From contig OZ024750.1 of NCBI GenBank assembly GCA_964016885.1, forward strand, positions 50,034,001 through 50,098,000: 64,000 nt of DNA, read 5' to 3'. This DNA comes from Eledone cirrhosa. Its lineage: Eukaryota. Below are positions 44,112 to 58,368 of this stretch, piece after piece. A program made the translations under genes and the position numbers. The notes beneath the pieces were generated by a model. It made no database searches and was not told the origin of the DNA. It saw nothing but the letters and a program-made list of their open reading frames with translations. The first letter of the stretch is position 1; each line of letters opens with the position of its first letter.

Positions 44112-44660
44112 AGACGACGATGAATTTGTTTTCGGGTTTTTTTAAATATAAAATCGTGCGTCGAAATAAATACTGTTATACTTGATGAGGGTCATATTGT
44201 AATAATATTGCCAGAAATAATAACAGAACACACTCACTGTTTGGTTGGTTTTCGCGTCTGTATCTTTCATATTTCCAGAGTTAATTCATTTTGTCCTCAA
44301 TGTTTATCATTGACTGACCAACGGTAAAATATACAGATATAAACACATATATATAGTCTAACAAATGTATTTCATTGCGCATCTGCAACATCATCAGTCG
44401 TACTATTATGTTCCTCCTGTTGTATTGTATGTCTACGCCTTTTTTATTTTATCTGTTTATTTATTTATTTATGTTTGTCTTCTTCTCTGAGCATGCGTGT
44501 GCGTGTGTGTATAGTGTTTCGTGTGTGTGATTGGATTTGGGTGACTGTGTTTTGGTTATGGTATTCTATCTTAGTTTACTAATTTGTGTTTATATGTGTC
44601 CTGTTATTATTTCTGACAATATTATTATAACAATATGACCCTCCCTAAGTATAACAATAT
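44110..44660 (+). mobile_element. Non-coding PLE terminal fragment related to 8640-8865, with a short inverted end
   Basis: aataacagaacacactcactgtttggttggttttcgc is the reverse complement of 8723-8759; acaatatgaccctc..aagtataaca at 44630 is inverted relative to 44175. Confidence 0.75.
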
Positions 44661-45219
44661 ATATATATACATATATATACATACATATATATACATTATT
44701 GTATATTATGTATATATATACACATATATACATACATGATAGCTGTCCCTCGTTATCGAGAATGGCCATTGCACGATATACCATTATTAATAATTATTAA
44801 TTAATTGTATCGTGCAATGCCTGTGCGTGAAGATATTTGTTAAAGTGAGGAAAGACTGTGCACGGAGCCAATCCCACTCTCTGAGCGACAGTAGTTCTAA
44901 CCCGAAAAGAAGAAAAGTTCAACGTCATCGGTAACTACTGAGCCGTAGGGTTTATACCGGAATTATCCCAGTTTCCTGAGTTGCCTTCTCCTAGAAGAAT
45001 GTCATGACTATGTTTAGGGGTCCTTCACTCGCAGTGGTTTAACCACGCAATCGGATACCCATCTCGATTATTTTTATATCCCCGCGCATATATATACACA
45101 TGCACCCATGTATACACACATATACATCTACATACACATTCACAAGTGTTTATACATATTTACACACTTTTGGATGGCCGTTGGCTCTTATGGGTTCTTC
45201 CGCCTTTTGTCAGGTTTTG

Positions 45220-45454
45220 TATACATATATACATACATACATAATTACATTCATACACACATATATACATATATACATATATACATATATACATATATAC
45301 ATACATACATAATTACATTCATACACACATATATACATATATACATATATACATATATACATACATAATTACATTCATACACACATATATACATACATAT
45401 ACATACATATATACATACATATATACATACATACATAATTACATTCATACACAC

Positions 45455-45515
<61 letters not shown>

Positions 45516-45590
45516 CATACGTATATACATACATATATACATACATACATACATAATTACATGCATAAACACATATACATACATATGTAC
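45220..45590. repeat. Degenerate (TACA/TA)-based minisatellite with recurring ataattacattcatacacac
   Basis: The motif recurs at about 45241, 45309, 45366, 45435 and 45553. Confidence 0.8.
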
Positions 45591-46087
45591 TTATATACAT
45601 AAACGCTAATGACGATCGTTGTGGTCAGTCCGATGATTGGACGTATGTAATTACGGCTTATATGAAGACAACATACCATATATTGAGGTGAGATTACATA
45701 CAATATTTCTACATAAGTGTTCGAACAGTAAATATATTGTAACACATCTATTTATATGAACGATACATAGATTTTAACATATAAACGTTACACAGATTTT
45801 AACATATAAATACAGTGTTGCTATTTTGCATTCATCAACAAATATACTAAGTAACATTAAAAATCGACCCCCCCCCCCCCCCCAAAAAAAAAGAAAATCG
45901 CTAAATATAAATAAACGTTTGAAATATAGTTGTAGAATTAAAAACTAGTTGAAAGGAAATATTATCCAAGCTGTGAAAAACTTAAAATTTAATTATGACA
46001 AAGCTATGTCGAAACTTTTAAAGAAGATCAACGTGTATTTTGAAAAAAATAAATACTAAATAATAGTGAATAAACGAACTCATTATC

Positions 46088-49000
46088 ATGACAAAACATA
46101 TATGTCTCCTTCGACCAAATCGCAACTACAACCATTGTATAAAATGGAGCTATGATCTCAACAAAGAAATATATGAAGCATACAAACAATCACACACCCA
46201 AATGTTCGGTTTTATGCAGAGACTAAAAACTTTGTGGAACTCCAAACAACCAGATTTAGACTTTTCCTTAAAACATTTAAATGAACGGCAAGACGTGTCA
46301 ATAGATGTAAATTGATACATCTAACGGAACTGAGTGACACTATTGAAGACAATCATTCCACTTCCATTGACAGACTGAGAGAATGGTCAGCTGAATCTAG
46401 CATTAAACAGCTCACCAACAATGTAGTTGACATCCACCCCACTTCCACTGCTGAACAGAGAGAATGGTCAGCTGAATCTAGCAGTAAACAGCACACCAAC
46501 AATGTAGTTGACATCCACCCCACTTCCACTGCTGAACAGAGAGAATGGTCAGCTGAATCTAGCAGTAAACAGCTCACCAACAATGTAGTTGACATCCACC
46601 CCACTTCCACTGCTGAACAGAGAGAATGGTCAGCTGAATCTAGCAGTAAACAGCACATCAACAATGTAGTTGACATCCACCCCACTTCCACTGCTGAACA
46701 GAGAGAATGGTCAGCTGAATCTAGCAGTAAACAGCACACCAACAATGTAGTTGACATCCACCCCACTTCCACTGCTGAACAGAGAGAATGGTCAGCTGAA
46801 TCTAGCAGTAAACAGCACATCAACAATGTAGTTGACATCCACCCCACTTCCACTGCTGAACAGAGAGAATGGTCAGCTGAATCTAGCATTAAACAGCTCA
46901 CCAACAATGTAGTTGACATCCACCCCACTTCCACTGCTGAACAGAGAGAATGGTCAGCTGAATCTAGCAGTAAACAGCTCACCAACAATGTAGTTGACAT
47001 CCACCCCACTTCCACTGCTGAACAGAGAGAATGGTCAGCTAAATCTAGCAGTAAACAGCTCACCAACAATGTAGTTGACATCCACCCCACTTCCACTGCT
47101 GAACAGAGAGAATGGTCAGCTGAATCTAGCAGTAAACAGCACACCAACAATGTAGTTGACATCCACCCCACTTTCACTGCTGAACAGAGAGAATGGTCAG
47201 CTGAATCTAGCAGTAAACAGCACATCAACAATGTAGTTGACATCCACCCCACTTCCACTGCTGAACAGAGAGAATGGTCAGCTGAATCTAGCAGTAAACA
47301 GCACACCAACAATGTAGTTGACATCCACCCCACTTCCACTGCTGAACAGAGAGAATGGTCAGCTGAATCTAGCAGTAAACAGCTCACCAACAATGTAGTT
47401 GACATCCACCCCACTTCCACTGCTGAACAGAGAGAATGGTCAGCTGAATCTAGCAGTAAACAGCACACCAACAATGTAGTTGACATCCACCCCACATCCA
47501 CTGCTGAACAGAGAGAATGGTCAGCTGAATCTAGCAGTAAACAGCTCACCAACAATGTAGTTGACATCCACCCCACATCCACTGCTGAACAGAGAGAATG
47601 GTCAGCTGAATCTAGCAGTAAACAGCACATCAACAATGTAGTTGACATCCACCCCACTTCCACTGCTGAACAGAGAGAATGGTCAGCTGAATCTAGCAGT
47701 AAACAGCACACCAACAATGTAGTTGACATCCACCCCACTTCCACTGCTGAACAGAGAGAATGGTCAGCTGAATCTAGCAGTAAACAGCACACCAACAATG
47801 TAGTTGACATCCACCCCACTTCCACTGCTGAACAGAGAGAATGGTCAGCTGAATCTAGCAGTAAACAGCACACCAACAATGTAGTTGACATCCACCCCAC
47901 TTCCACTGCTGAACAGAGAGAATGGTCAGCTGAATCTAGCAGTAAACAGCACACCAACAATGTAGTCGACATCCACCCCACTTCCACTGCTGAACAGAGA
48001 GAATGGTCAGCTGAATCTAGCAGTAAACAGCACACCAACAATGTAGTTGACATCCACCCCACTTCCACTGCTGAACAGAGAGAATGGTCAGCTGAATCTA
48101 GCAGTAAACAGCACACCAACAATGTAGTTGACATCCACCCCACTTCCACTGCTGAACAGAGAGAATGGTCAGCTGAATCTAGCAGTAAACAGTACACCAA
48201 CAATGTAGTTGACATCCACCCCACTTCCACTGCTGAACAGAGAGAATGGTCAGCTGAATCTAGCAGTAAACAGCACACCAACAATGTAGTTGACATCCAC
48301 CCCACTTCCACTGCTGAACAGAGAGAATGGTCAGCTGAATCTAGCAGTAAACAGCACACCAACAATGTAGTTGACATCCACCCCACTTCCACTGCTGAAC
48401 AGAGAGAATGGTCAGCTGAATCTAGCAGTAAACAGCACACCAACAATGTAGTTGACATCCACCCCACTTCCACTGCTGAACAGAGAGAATGGTCAGCTGA
48501 ATCTAGCAGTAAACAGCACACCAACAATGTAGTTGACATCCACCCCACTTCCACTGCTGAACAGAGAGAATGGTCAGCTGAATCTAGCAGTAAACAGCAC
48601 ACCAACAATGTAGTTGACATCCACCCCACTTCCACTGCTGAACAGAGAGAATGGTCAGCTGAATCTAGCAGTAAACAGCACACCAACAATGTAGTTGACA
48701 TCCACCCCACTTCCACTGCTGAACAGAGAGAATGGTCAGCTGAATCTAGCAGTAAACAGCACACCAACAATGTAGTTGACATCCACCCCACTTCCACTGC
48801 TGAACAGAGAGAATGGTCAGCTGAATCTAGCAGTAAACAGCACACCAACAATGTAGTTGACATCCACCCCACTTCCACTGCTGAACAGAGAGAATGGTCA
48901 GCTGAATCTAGCAGTAAACAGCACACCAACAATGTAGTTGACATCCACCCCACATCCACTGCTGAACAGAGAGAATGGTCAGCTGAATCTAGCAGTAAAC

Positions 49001-51954
49001 AGCACACCAACAATGTAGTTGACATCCACCCCACTTCCACTGCTGAACAGAGAGAATGGTCAGCTGAATCTAGCAGTAAACAGCACACCAACAATGTAGT
49101 TGACATCCACCCCATTTCCACTGCTGAACAGAGAGAATGGTCAGCTGAATCTAGCAGTAAACAGCACACCAACAATGTAGTTGACAGCCACCCCACTTCC
49201 ACTGCTGAACAGAGAGAATGGTCAGCTGAATCTAGCAGTAAACAGCTCACCAACAATGTAGTTGACATCCACCCCACTTCCACTGCTGAACAGAGAGAAT
49301 GGTCAGCTGAATCTAGCAGTAAACAGCTCACCAACAATGTAGTTGACATCCACCCCACTTCCACTGCTGAACAGAGAGAATGGTCAGCTGAATCTAGCAG
49401 TAAACAGCTCACCAACAATGTAGTTGACATCCACCCCACTTCCACTGCTGAACAGAGAGAATGGTCAGCTGAATCTAGCAGTAAACAGCTCACCAACAAT
49501 GTAGTTGACATCCACCCCACTTCCACTGCTGAACAGAGAGAATGGTCAGCTGAATCTAGCAGTAAACAGCTCACCAACAATGTAGTTGACATCCACCCCA
49601 CTTCCACTGCTGAACAGAGAGAATGGTCAGCTGAATCTAGCAGTAAACAACACATCAACAACGTAGCGGAAATCCATAATGCTATTGTACAAACAGAACA
49701 CTAAACACTTCATTACAAGTGATATGGGATGGTATGTTTCAAGAGATATACAACCATAATGTGAGTAATAGACCATACAACACAAGAATCAGTAAAGAAC
49801 CCACTAAATTGGAATTGGACGCTGTAAACGAAATAGCTGGCAATTATCCAAAGGTGTGGAAATGACATATGAATTGATTAATATTTTGTTATGTATTTCA
49901 GCTATCACATTGCTATCCAATCATAAACAACTAAAACCACGCAGTTAAGATACAAGCATAAAGCCCGAACCAGCGTGGTTTTAAAAAAATGTGTCCCTCA
50001 GACGAAGTATCGCACAGATTCCTAGTTATAAAATGCAACATAGAGAGCAACTTCACACGACATCGGGAAGACATAAGAACAAAACAAGAGGCTATGTGGA
50101 GATACAAGATTTAAAACTCTAAACTCCAAACTATACCAGTTGAAACACCAACTCGCGGCTGAAACAGAAATACTAAAATATAAGTCAACAGCATATAAAC
50201 GGCAAGTGCGAAATAGATTATTTGTCAGAGATCCTAAATTAGTTTATTGCAGCTTCAATGGGAAAAGCTCAATCTCTGTAAATGACACCCCTACATAAGA
50301 ACAGGTTCAGAGCTACTGGAGATATGTCTGGGAAACAAACGAAAGGGCTAAAAGAACTGGAAAAGGAATACTGCCAGCATGTCCAGACAAAACAATATGA
50401 CATAGATAGGTCAATACTGGAAACAGCTCTACAGTAAATGTCGAATAGGAAATCACCAGGCCCAGACCTCATAACAGGATACTGGCTGGAGAATTTCACC
50501 TTCTATCAGCAATATCTCATAAGGCTGTTTAGCGAAACCATACAAAAAAAACAATTGGACCTCATTACATAATGTTCTGTAATTTGGTGAGTAAAACGTG
50601 TAGGGGTTTTGCCCGGTTCTGGAAATCTAGAGATGAACAGCTCGACAACACAACCAACACAGTCAGGTGACAACTACATATATCCTAGACAGGATTGGAA
50701 TGTCAGATATGATGGACCCATAAATACGGAGAGAACCAGAACTGAATACCTCAGGTTAGTAAAGAAGATATGGTAATCAGAACCACAACTATATTGACCA
50801 CAAAACATAAGCTGTGCTAAACCTAACGCCAAAATATTGTCTGCCGAACTGGTCATAGCAAGAACTAAGTGAGACGGATGTAAGAACTCACAAGCTTCTC
50901 AGTGTTACTGGAAACTTTAACATCATTGGTGATGTGGATAGGCTATACTTCTCATGCAAGTAAGGTAGCCGGGATCGAACATCCATATTAACATCATACG
51001 AGATCCGAATGGTAACATCTTCAGCAGAAGAAAAAGCTCAGCAACCATCTTGCCCAGGTCTATGAGCATGAATGAAATAATATCATTAAGATAGCCACTG
51101 ATATGGAGGAGGGATATGGAATAAGGCTTAATATAAATCTCTCTCCCAGGGAAATTGGAAGATCCTATTCAATGTTCGAACAAGATAAAACAAATGGACC
51201 AATTTACAGAGAAAGTTGTGTATCGGTAGCTGAGGCGAAAAGCACAGACCACAGAGGGGATAAATCATTCAAAAAGCCTGGCATGGAGTTCCGACAAGTT
51301 TGTGACATCCCACATTGAAGGATATCTCTATAAAATAAAGGAACAAGAAATCCCTACCAAATATCTGCTACACAAAAGAGGAGGGCCATTAGTCGACAAT
51401 AAATTATAGGCTTTGTAAAACAAAGATCGAAGTTGTTAGCTACATTGTTGTCAACTGTGAAAGCATGTCGTCTCGCTACTCCGTCCCTATGTGACATGGT
51501 GTGGTAGCTAGAACCATCTGGAGCGCACTTAGGGTAACAAGATTAAAAACATGGTGAGAAATATGTTGAAATAGATGGCATTAAGGAATATTGGTGGAAC
51601 CTGAAAATTAAAGTACAATCAGCCTGATATTGTTGTTTGGGACCATACATTGAAAACGTGCTCTGTTGTAGAGATCAGCTGCCCACTTGATGTCAACGTA
51701 GTAAGAAAAATACAAGAGGCGGAGGTTATCTATGAACCATTGATGAGGAGTTTTCAGATCCATTATCCAAGATACACCTTCAGATTCATACCTTCCATTA
51801 TTGCAGCTACAGGTTATATACCAACCCGCTTGGACCAAAGAATAACTGAACTTGGATTTTTGGACAAAGAGCGCAGCTCCTAATTCATAGACTACAAATG
51901 GGTGCGATACCTGGCACCGTCAAATTTTGCAAAACATTCTTGCGATTCAAGTAA
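46088..51954 (+). mobile_element. R4/Dong-type non-LTR retrotransposon (restriction-like endonuclease), decayed, RT core apparently deleted
   Basis: N-terminal KWSYDLNKEIYEAY..GFMQRLKTLW; RQVRNRLF; KSPGPDLITGYWL; EYLRLVKKIW; DVDRLY; QPDIVVWD..VVEISCP..IPSIIAATG (PD-(D/E)xK endonuclease); GTVKFCKTFL. No YxDD segment is seen between about 50550 and 50670. Confidence 0.85.
46378..49677 (+). repeat. 81-bp coding-frame tandem array, ~41 near-identical units (27 aa REWSAESSSKQHTNNVVDIHPTSTAEQ)
   Basis: gaatggtcag at 46381, 46462 ... 49621; 3240 bp equals exactly 40 periods, so there is no net indel. Confidence 0.97.
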
Positions 51955-51999
51955 AGACAATTTCTTTTATTTTACAATCTTGCCACCAGGAAGGTAGCC

Positions 52000-52458
52000 G
52001 GTTAAAAATGCACGCGAAATAAGAGACAAAGAAACATACATACATACAAATACACAAAATTATTAACTAACTTGCTACCAACAACCCTGAGCAAGATTTT
52101 GGATTCCATGTGTCCAACATCCGTGGTGACAAAGTCAGAAAACAGCGGAGCTCCCATGATTTTCGGAAGCATTTTTTCACGCTCAGAGTTGCTGAAATAT
52201 GGAACAAACTCCCTGCATCGTCTGTTAACTGTCTGGACATCGTATCCTTCAAAACCTCCATGCTTCCAGAAATTCAACAAAACTACACCTGCTATTCCGC
52301 CTCCGTACACACGCACGTATGTATCTGTGTGTATATCGTCGCTCCTACACTGTTCACTTTCCTGATAATTGTACATTATTTTATGTAATATATATACAGC
52401 TTTGATGAGTTGTAGTGCACCTGAGCACTGTACACAATAATTTCATGATTATTATTAT
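52000..52458 (+). mobile_element. 3' end of a CR1-type LINE
   Basis: ORF 52110-52388 gives IRG.KVRKQ...FRKHFFTLRVAEIWNKLP..SFK; short 3' UTR and (ATT)n tail. Confidence 0.8.
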
Positions 52459-52479
52459 CGAAAATGATATCCTTGCCAT

Positions 52480-53670
52480 TGGCGGGGGGACTATATCGAG
52501 ATGCACTGTTCACCTTCCTAAAGCACAGCAATAGCCAGTTAGAAAGAAGGTGAAAAGTCTAATTCGAAGTTTAGGCCTAAAGGTACACATAGGTAAAAAA
52601 AGAAAAATATTAAACTTCCTAGACGTAACACATAACCGAGAACCAAGCCTCCACTAGCTCCAACATAAGCCGAATGAGAACCTGAAGTATCTCAATGCCG
52701 AATCTAATCCCCATAAGTCTGTCACCAGGTCCATATTCAACAGCATATTAAGGCGTAGGTCATCACTTTTATCTAACCGGAAAATATTTGACATTTCCAG
52801 CCACTTTCAAGGAAAAGTATCTTATTTGGTCTTAAAAGATTGGGACATAACCTGGCATGTGAGCAACGCTACAAACCCGCTACAGCTTGGCGCAAGCCTT
52901 AAGAAAGACTAGATCGGACTATAGAATCCTGTCAGAGGGCCAACCGATGTTCGCTGTAACAGCCGTGCCCCAACGGAGGAAAAGCAGTTACTGCAAACAT
53001 AAACTCCAAAGCAACAAACTCTGCTCCATTAACCGTAAGAACTTACCCGGTCATATAAGGAGTGAACTGGAGCCCAGGTGGCCTAATTACGACAATAGAC
53101 TTGACCCTGAAGTAGTGCATAACAGAACACCTGCCGATCCACCTACCGAAGCCGGGAAAATAGTAATAGGTATTTGGCTAGCAAAAGTGAGGTAGACTAG
53201 ATCCCGAGACTTCGTGTGGTATAATCATCCTTACTGCATCCGATTACGGAGCAGATTGGCCTCACACGTTTTTAAGATACTCGACACATCCTTCCTTGGA
53301 GGACATAGGTGCCATAGAATATTAAATAGACATATTGTCAAGCTCTCTTACTCCACAATCAGCAACTTATCACAGAATATAGATACCATAAACAGGAATA
53401 GAATTAGAAAACTATTAGATTTAGGAATATTGGTAGTTTAGTAGAACCACTAATCACAAACTGACCCAGCCTCTCCTCTGCAATTGACAAAGTACCTATT
53501 TCCCCAGGGGTAACCTCATCATGTAATGGTACTGCAAATAGTAACTCAAAACCTCAGGTTCAACAACCCAACAAACTGACGCATAATAGTCTTCACCCCG
53601 TCGAAATAATGTGTAATTGTAGGATAGCTGCCTCGTGCACCTTATGAGAGACGTGTGCTAGAAGAACCAT
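52480..53670 (+). mobile_element. Decayed PLE internal fragment (RT C-terminus and linker)
   Basis: YRD.., INFLDVT, KPNE.LKYLN.ESN, WYNHPY...HRILNRHIVKLSYS and CNCR....C.L..C match the WFNPP/CNCR-type PLE pattern. Confidence 0.75.
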
Positions 53671-54026
53671 TGCATCTGACAAGGCCCACACCTGCGGCTA
53701 AGCAGCTCTGCGCCTATGGTGGTGAGTAGGGTGTGAATAACACCAGAAGTCCCCACTGTTAGGGCCTCTACTGCAAACCTGTCGGAGAACGACCGGCATA
53801 GAGGTTCTATATTTATTTCCTCTCACTAGACTTCAGCTTATTTGTGGTTATGGAAGAGCTAATATGTATCGCAGCGAGATCAAGCCCAAAGTTTGCAAAC
53901 CAAACTTTTTAACCAACCGTCCATGCTTCTGGAATTAAGGTATTCTGATACAATTATCAAGAAGATTAGTAAAAGTACATAGAGTAATGTTTTAAAAGGC
54001 ATTCGCCACAAGGCAGATAACTATAA

Positions 54027-54419
54027 TAATTGTTTCTACTTTTGGCACAAGGCCAACAATTACTCAGTGTATTACTGGTACATTATTTTGTCGACCCCGT
54101 AAGGATGAAAGGCAAAGTTAACCTCGGCGGGATTTGAACTCTGAATGGCAAGGACCGTAACTCTATGCCTGGCGTCCGACCCTCTACCGATACTGCTAAT
54201 CCACCGCCCAATAATTATTTCTAGTATAGGCATAAGGCCAGTAATTTTTTGTGGGGGGGGGGGTTGATAAATCGACTCCAGTATCTTACCTGTACTTTAT
54301 TTTATCGACCCCGTAAGGAAGAAAGGCAAACTTAACCTCGGCGGGATTTGAACTCAGACCGTAAAGGGCCGTAACTCAAGCATTGTATCCGACGCTCTGC
54401 CGATACTGCCAATCCACCG
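54027..54419 (-). mobile_element. Two tandem SINE copies (54027-54209 and 54213-54419)
   Basis: Each has gaccccgtaagga.gaaaggcaaa.ttaacctcggcgggatttgaactc and the tRNA-like head. Confidence 0.9.
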
Positions 54420-54699
54420 ATAACTATAATAATATTTGAATATATTGATTAAAGAACACTTGGAAGAGGAAATGGGTACATGCATCCAGGTGAGAGCCCA
54501 AATCACACACTCTGTATATCGGTACAGTGCCTCTCTCTCCACGCTATACACAGCTATTATTATAGTTTTCTGCATTGTGACAAATATATTTTCAATCAAT
54601 AGCGTTTATATACAAATAAAGAAAGAGTGTAGAAATATCGTAGGCTGTTGAATAAATTTACGTGCTTGTGTGTATAGTTGAACTATATTTGAAAGATTC

Positions 54700-55700
54700 C
54701 CTAAAATTATTATCATTTAATGAGATCACTATTAACTTGGCAAATAATAAAAGAAAAGGGTTTACCAGTATAAAAGGTATTTCATTAAATATCAATGAAA
54801 GTAAATGTTAATTATATACTAGATTGGTAAATAACTTTTCTAAAATGTAAAAATCAAGGCGGAAAAATATATGGTGATCTTTTATTTTTTTTTTGAAGTA
54901 CGTTTAATACGTGGATAGGAGTGGAACGAAGGCAGGTCTTGACGAAAAGGCAGAGTAATGAAAGTAGAGATCTAAATTTAAGATAAATGTATATGGTGCA
55001 AGATAGTAAATCCTGAAAAGGTGAACTGGTTTGGTGAGAAGATAACAAGGGAATTAGAAATAGTAGATAACATATTCTAGGAATGGTGTATGTACGCTAA
55101 GAGTGCTAAGTAATTAAGTAAAAGAATAAAACAGTTTATTTCGAAAATAAAAAAGGAAAATATAACTAGTATCGTAATACACTCTGAGAATGAAGTATAT
55201 ATGTTAAAAGTGGCAAATAATTAAGTCAAAAATAAAGTATTTTATTTCGGAACTTAAAGAATTGAAGGTATTAAAGAAATAATTACAGTTCAATTTAAGT
55301 AATATAAAGATGTGTATATATAATTAGATAAGCGTAGTAGAAATAAATAGCAGCTAGAGATATTTAAGTATGAAATGAATGAGGTGGTAAACTACGGAAA
55401 TGACACTACTATACTATCAAATCGGAAATTCTATTTATTTTTCTCTATTCTAAATAAAATCAGAATATTAATATAACATTAAAATGTTTAACAAGAGCTT
55501 GGAAATATGCTGGAATATAAGATAGTTTAGATACAAATAAAATATAAGAAAATAGAATTAGTAATAAGGGAGAATTAAGTTGCAGCTTCAATTGGAATCA
55601 ATTAAATAGACTTGAATGTAATTGAAGTTACACATAATCCTAGGAACGTTAATAACTAAAATACATTGAGTGGCATGGTTAATTATCATTGTAGATTCAA
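54700..55700 (+). mobile_element. Possible ancient L1/Tx1-like endonuclease fossil
   Basis: LKLLSFN...NNKRK resembles an APE N-terminus; A-rich strand bias; very degraded. Confidence 0.25.
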
Positions 55701-56719
55701 ATAGTTACAAAAGGACTGAATCGCTAACGTATAAACCTTCATATGCATTACTGAAATACCATAAATATAATAGAATTTAGAATAATTTTGTAACTCAGAT
55801 TTCTTCTATATACACTGTTAATGCATGTTCGTACACCAAGCGTTTAAAGATGTAGTCAATTAATTATGATATTTATATGTAGTATATTCAATTTATTTCA
55901 AATAAATTACTTAATTCAAAATGGCGATTGACAAGGCAATGCCAAAAAATATAAAGAAACAAGAGGTAGATTATATCATTAAAACTGCAAAAAACCCTCT
56001 GCAAAATACAACTGTGTTCATAAGCACCAGATCAAACTCATACGGATGTGATCCGTAACCTCATCCTCTTCTAGTATCCAACAAAGATCTGGCATATCTC
56101 TATTGGCACGTGCAAAAGAGGATCGTGAAGACACTGGTGGAGTTAACAACCAAATATAATACCCCATTTGTTTTTGTATATTCTCCTATATATATCTGAC
56201 TTTTTGTTTACACACTAAAATACATGAACAAATAAGATATATTTTCTTTAGGTCGTTTTGGAAGGCTAACAAGAAAAAAAATATCTATATCATTCATTTC
56301 ACAATAAGAAGTTCGCTTCACAATCATAATATCCTGGGTTTTAACCATACATTAATACCTGCAAATAGTTATCTGTCCAAAGTTACCCATACATTAAATC
56401 ATATGGTGCATTTCTACAAATATATTCAATGATTAGGTAAATATGCCCTAGAAATAAATTATGAAACTATTTCTCTTATTTTCAATCTTGTCAACGGCCA
56501 GTAATAAACATAAAATTTGGGGTTTTTATGCAAAGATTAATTCATCAAACTCAAATATTATAGCATGTATAACAGTTCATCGCTCCGGCAATTGCTGGTT
56601 ATATAGCATACCAAATGTGTTATATATTGCATAACAATACTACAAAGCTATTGTCATCACTATGGACGGCACAGTTCCATTAGTTATTATATTATGTCAG
56701 TTAAGATTTTTATAATATA

Positions 56720-57426
56720 ATAGCAGTGGTACCCGGCCGTATTTTGGAACGCGGGCCGCCAACAGACCTAATCGTGGAAAAACTGCATGCTGAAGAATAT
56801 GTAAAGAAAATAAACCGAAAACTCTGATGGCTGGTTAATCTTTAAGAATTTCCTCGATGAAGCATGAAAAATGCAGGTTTTCACCTAGGGGATCAAGAAA
56901 ATATATTTTTTTAATGTGCATAATATGCCTTGAAATTTCGGGAAAAGCCTTAAAAAGCTGAAAAAAACCTAAAGTGGGAGCTAGGCGATCAAAAAGTTCA
57001 ATTGTTTATGTGCATAACACTCCCTGGCACATAAATAATACACATGTAAAGTTTGAAAAAAATCGGTTGGGTACTTCTCGAATTTTAGGGTTTCAAGCTC
57101 AGAGACTCACTCACACACACACACACATACATCCTCAGGGAAGTGATGTAATGCAGACAGCCAGACATATAGACAGATATTATAGGGGTGTTACATTATA
57201 TGTATGTATCTATGTAAAAATAGAAAGCTAAGAAGTATAGAGAGAGATCGCTAAATCACATAATGTGGCCCCTAGGGCATTGAACATTTGAAATTTCTTT
57301 TGTTCAGAACATTCTCTGAAACATAGGTATTATATGTGTATAGTTTGAAAACAGTCGGTTGGGTGCTTCTCACACACACAAGCTCTCACACACACAGACA
57401 GACATCCTCAGATTTATATATAGAGA
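56720..57426 (-). mobile_element. Non-autonomous Helitron-like element
   Basis: Minus strand starts A|TCTCTATATATAAATCTGAGG followed by (TGTC/TG)n; it ends with the hairpin cccgcgt..acggccggg and CTAT|T (variant of CTAG|T); internal duplication 57047-57138 / 57337-57410. Confidence 0.65.
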
Positions 57427-58299
57427 TAATAAGTGAGCTATTTATTTTATCGAATGCTATACCGTAACAAACTGAGTCGCCTGTATATTTTCAAAATATA
57501 TTACAGACATAGTTTATGTTCTTCGTGTGTATGATTGGACTACTGCTTATTTGTGGACGTAGTATGGGAAAATTGTTGAGGTTTGCATTGCAATTATTTG
57601 CATGACATTTTGGTTAAACGCCCTTTACTCTATCCTCGGGTCGGCCCATGTCTTGTAAGTGAAATTGAGTCGACGAAAACAGTATTTAAGCCCGGTGGGT
57701 ATATCTGCAGCCATGTTACACACAAAATCTGTGTCACCCTGAACCATTCCCGAATTAGTTAAGGATACACACGTATTTGATTGAACGAGCAGAGCACTCA
57801 TCGTCGAAACTGCTGGAAGTCGATTCTTTCCTATTTAATCCTAATTCTTAATGAAAGGTACTGCATATAATTTTCAAATCATTTAACAAATACTCAACAT
57901 TTTGGGAGGATGTAGTAATACACTGAAATCTCTCGTTAATAATCTGGTGTTTAGAAAATAACATAACAACGTTCCTACACAAAATTATGATGGAAGGTTT
58001 CAGATAGATACAAACACTTTAAAACAAACAGGTATATATCACAGGAGCAGAGGCCACTTCAGAAGGAATAATGTTCCTCTGAGCAACAGTTTATAGTTTT
58101 CTAACATTCTCGGCGTGAAATGCTGTGGCTTTTCTTGTCAGTTTTATTCATTCAATCAATTTAAAGCCTGCGCTTTTCGTCTCACCGGTATTCTATTCTG
58201 TCCCGAAATTTATATTGTAAGACTTAGTCTTCCATTGAGACATATTTAATGCATCTAGCTTGCATTAGAGATACAAATTACTGCAATGTTATGCCATCG

Positions 58300-58368
<69 letters not shown>

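Noticed and set aside
44767-45090. Small hairpin and a motif resembling a LINE 5' UTR (ctaggagaaggcaactc on the minus strand)
   Set aside because: Too short to assign; no adjacent ORF and no ribozyme fold could be confirmed by eye.
46353-49661. 1102-aa minus-strand Cys/Leu-rich ORF
   Set aside because: Antisense shadow of a stop-free 81-bp unit; confined to the array.
53636-53650. In-frame TGA near the CNCR motif as selenocysteine
   Set aside because: The TGA is not at a conserved Cys position and the fragment has many other lesions.
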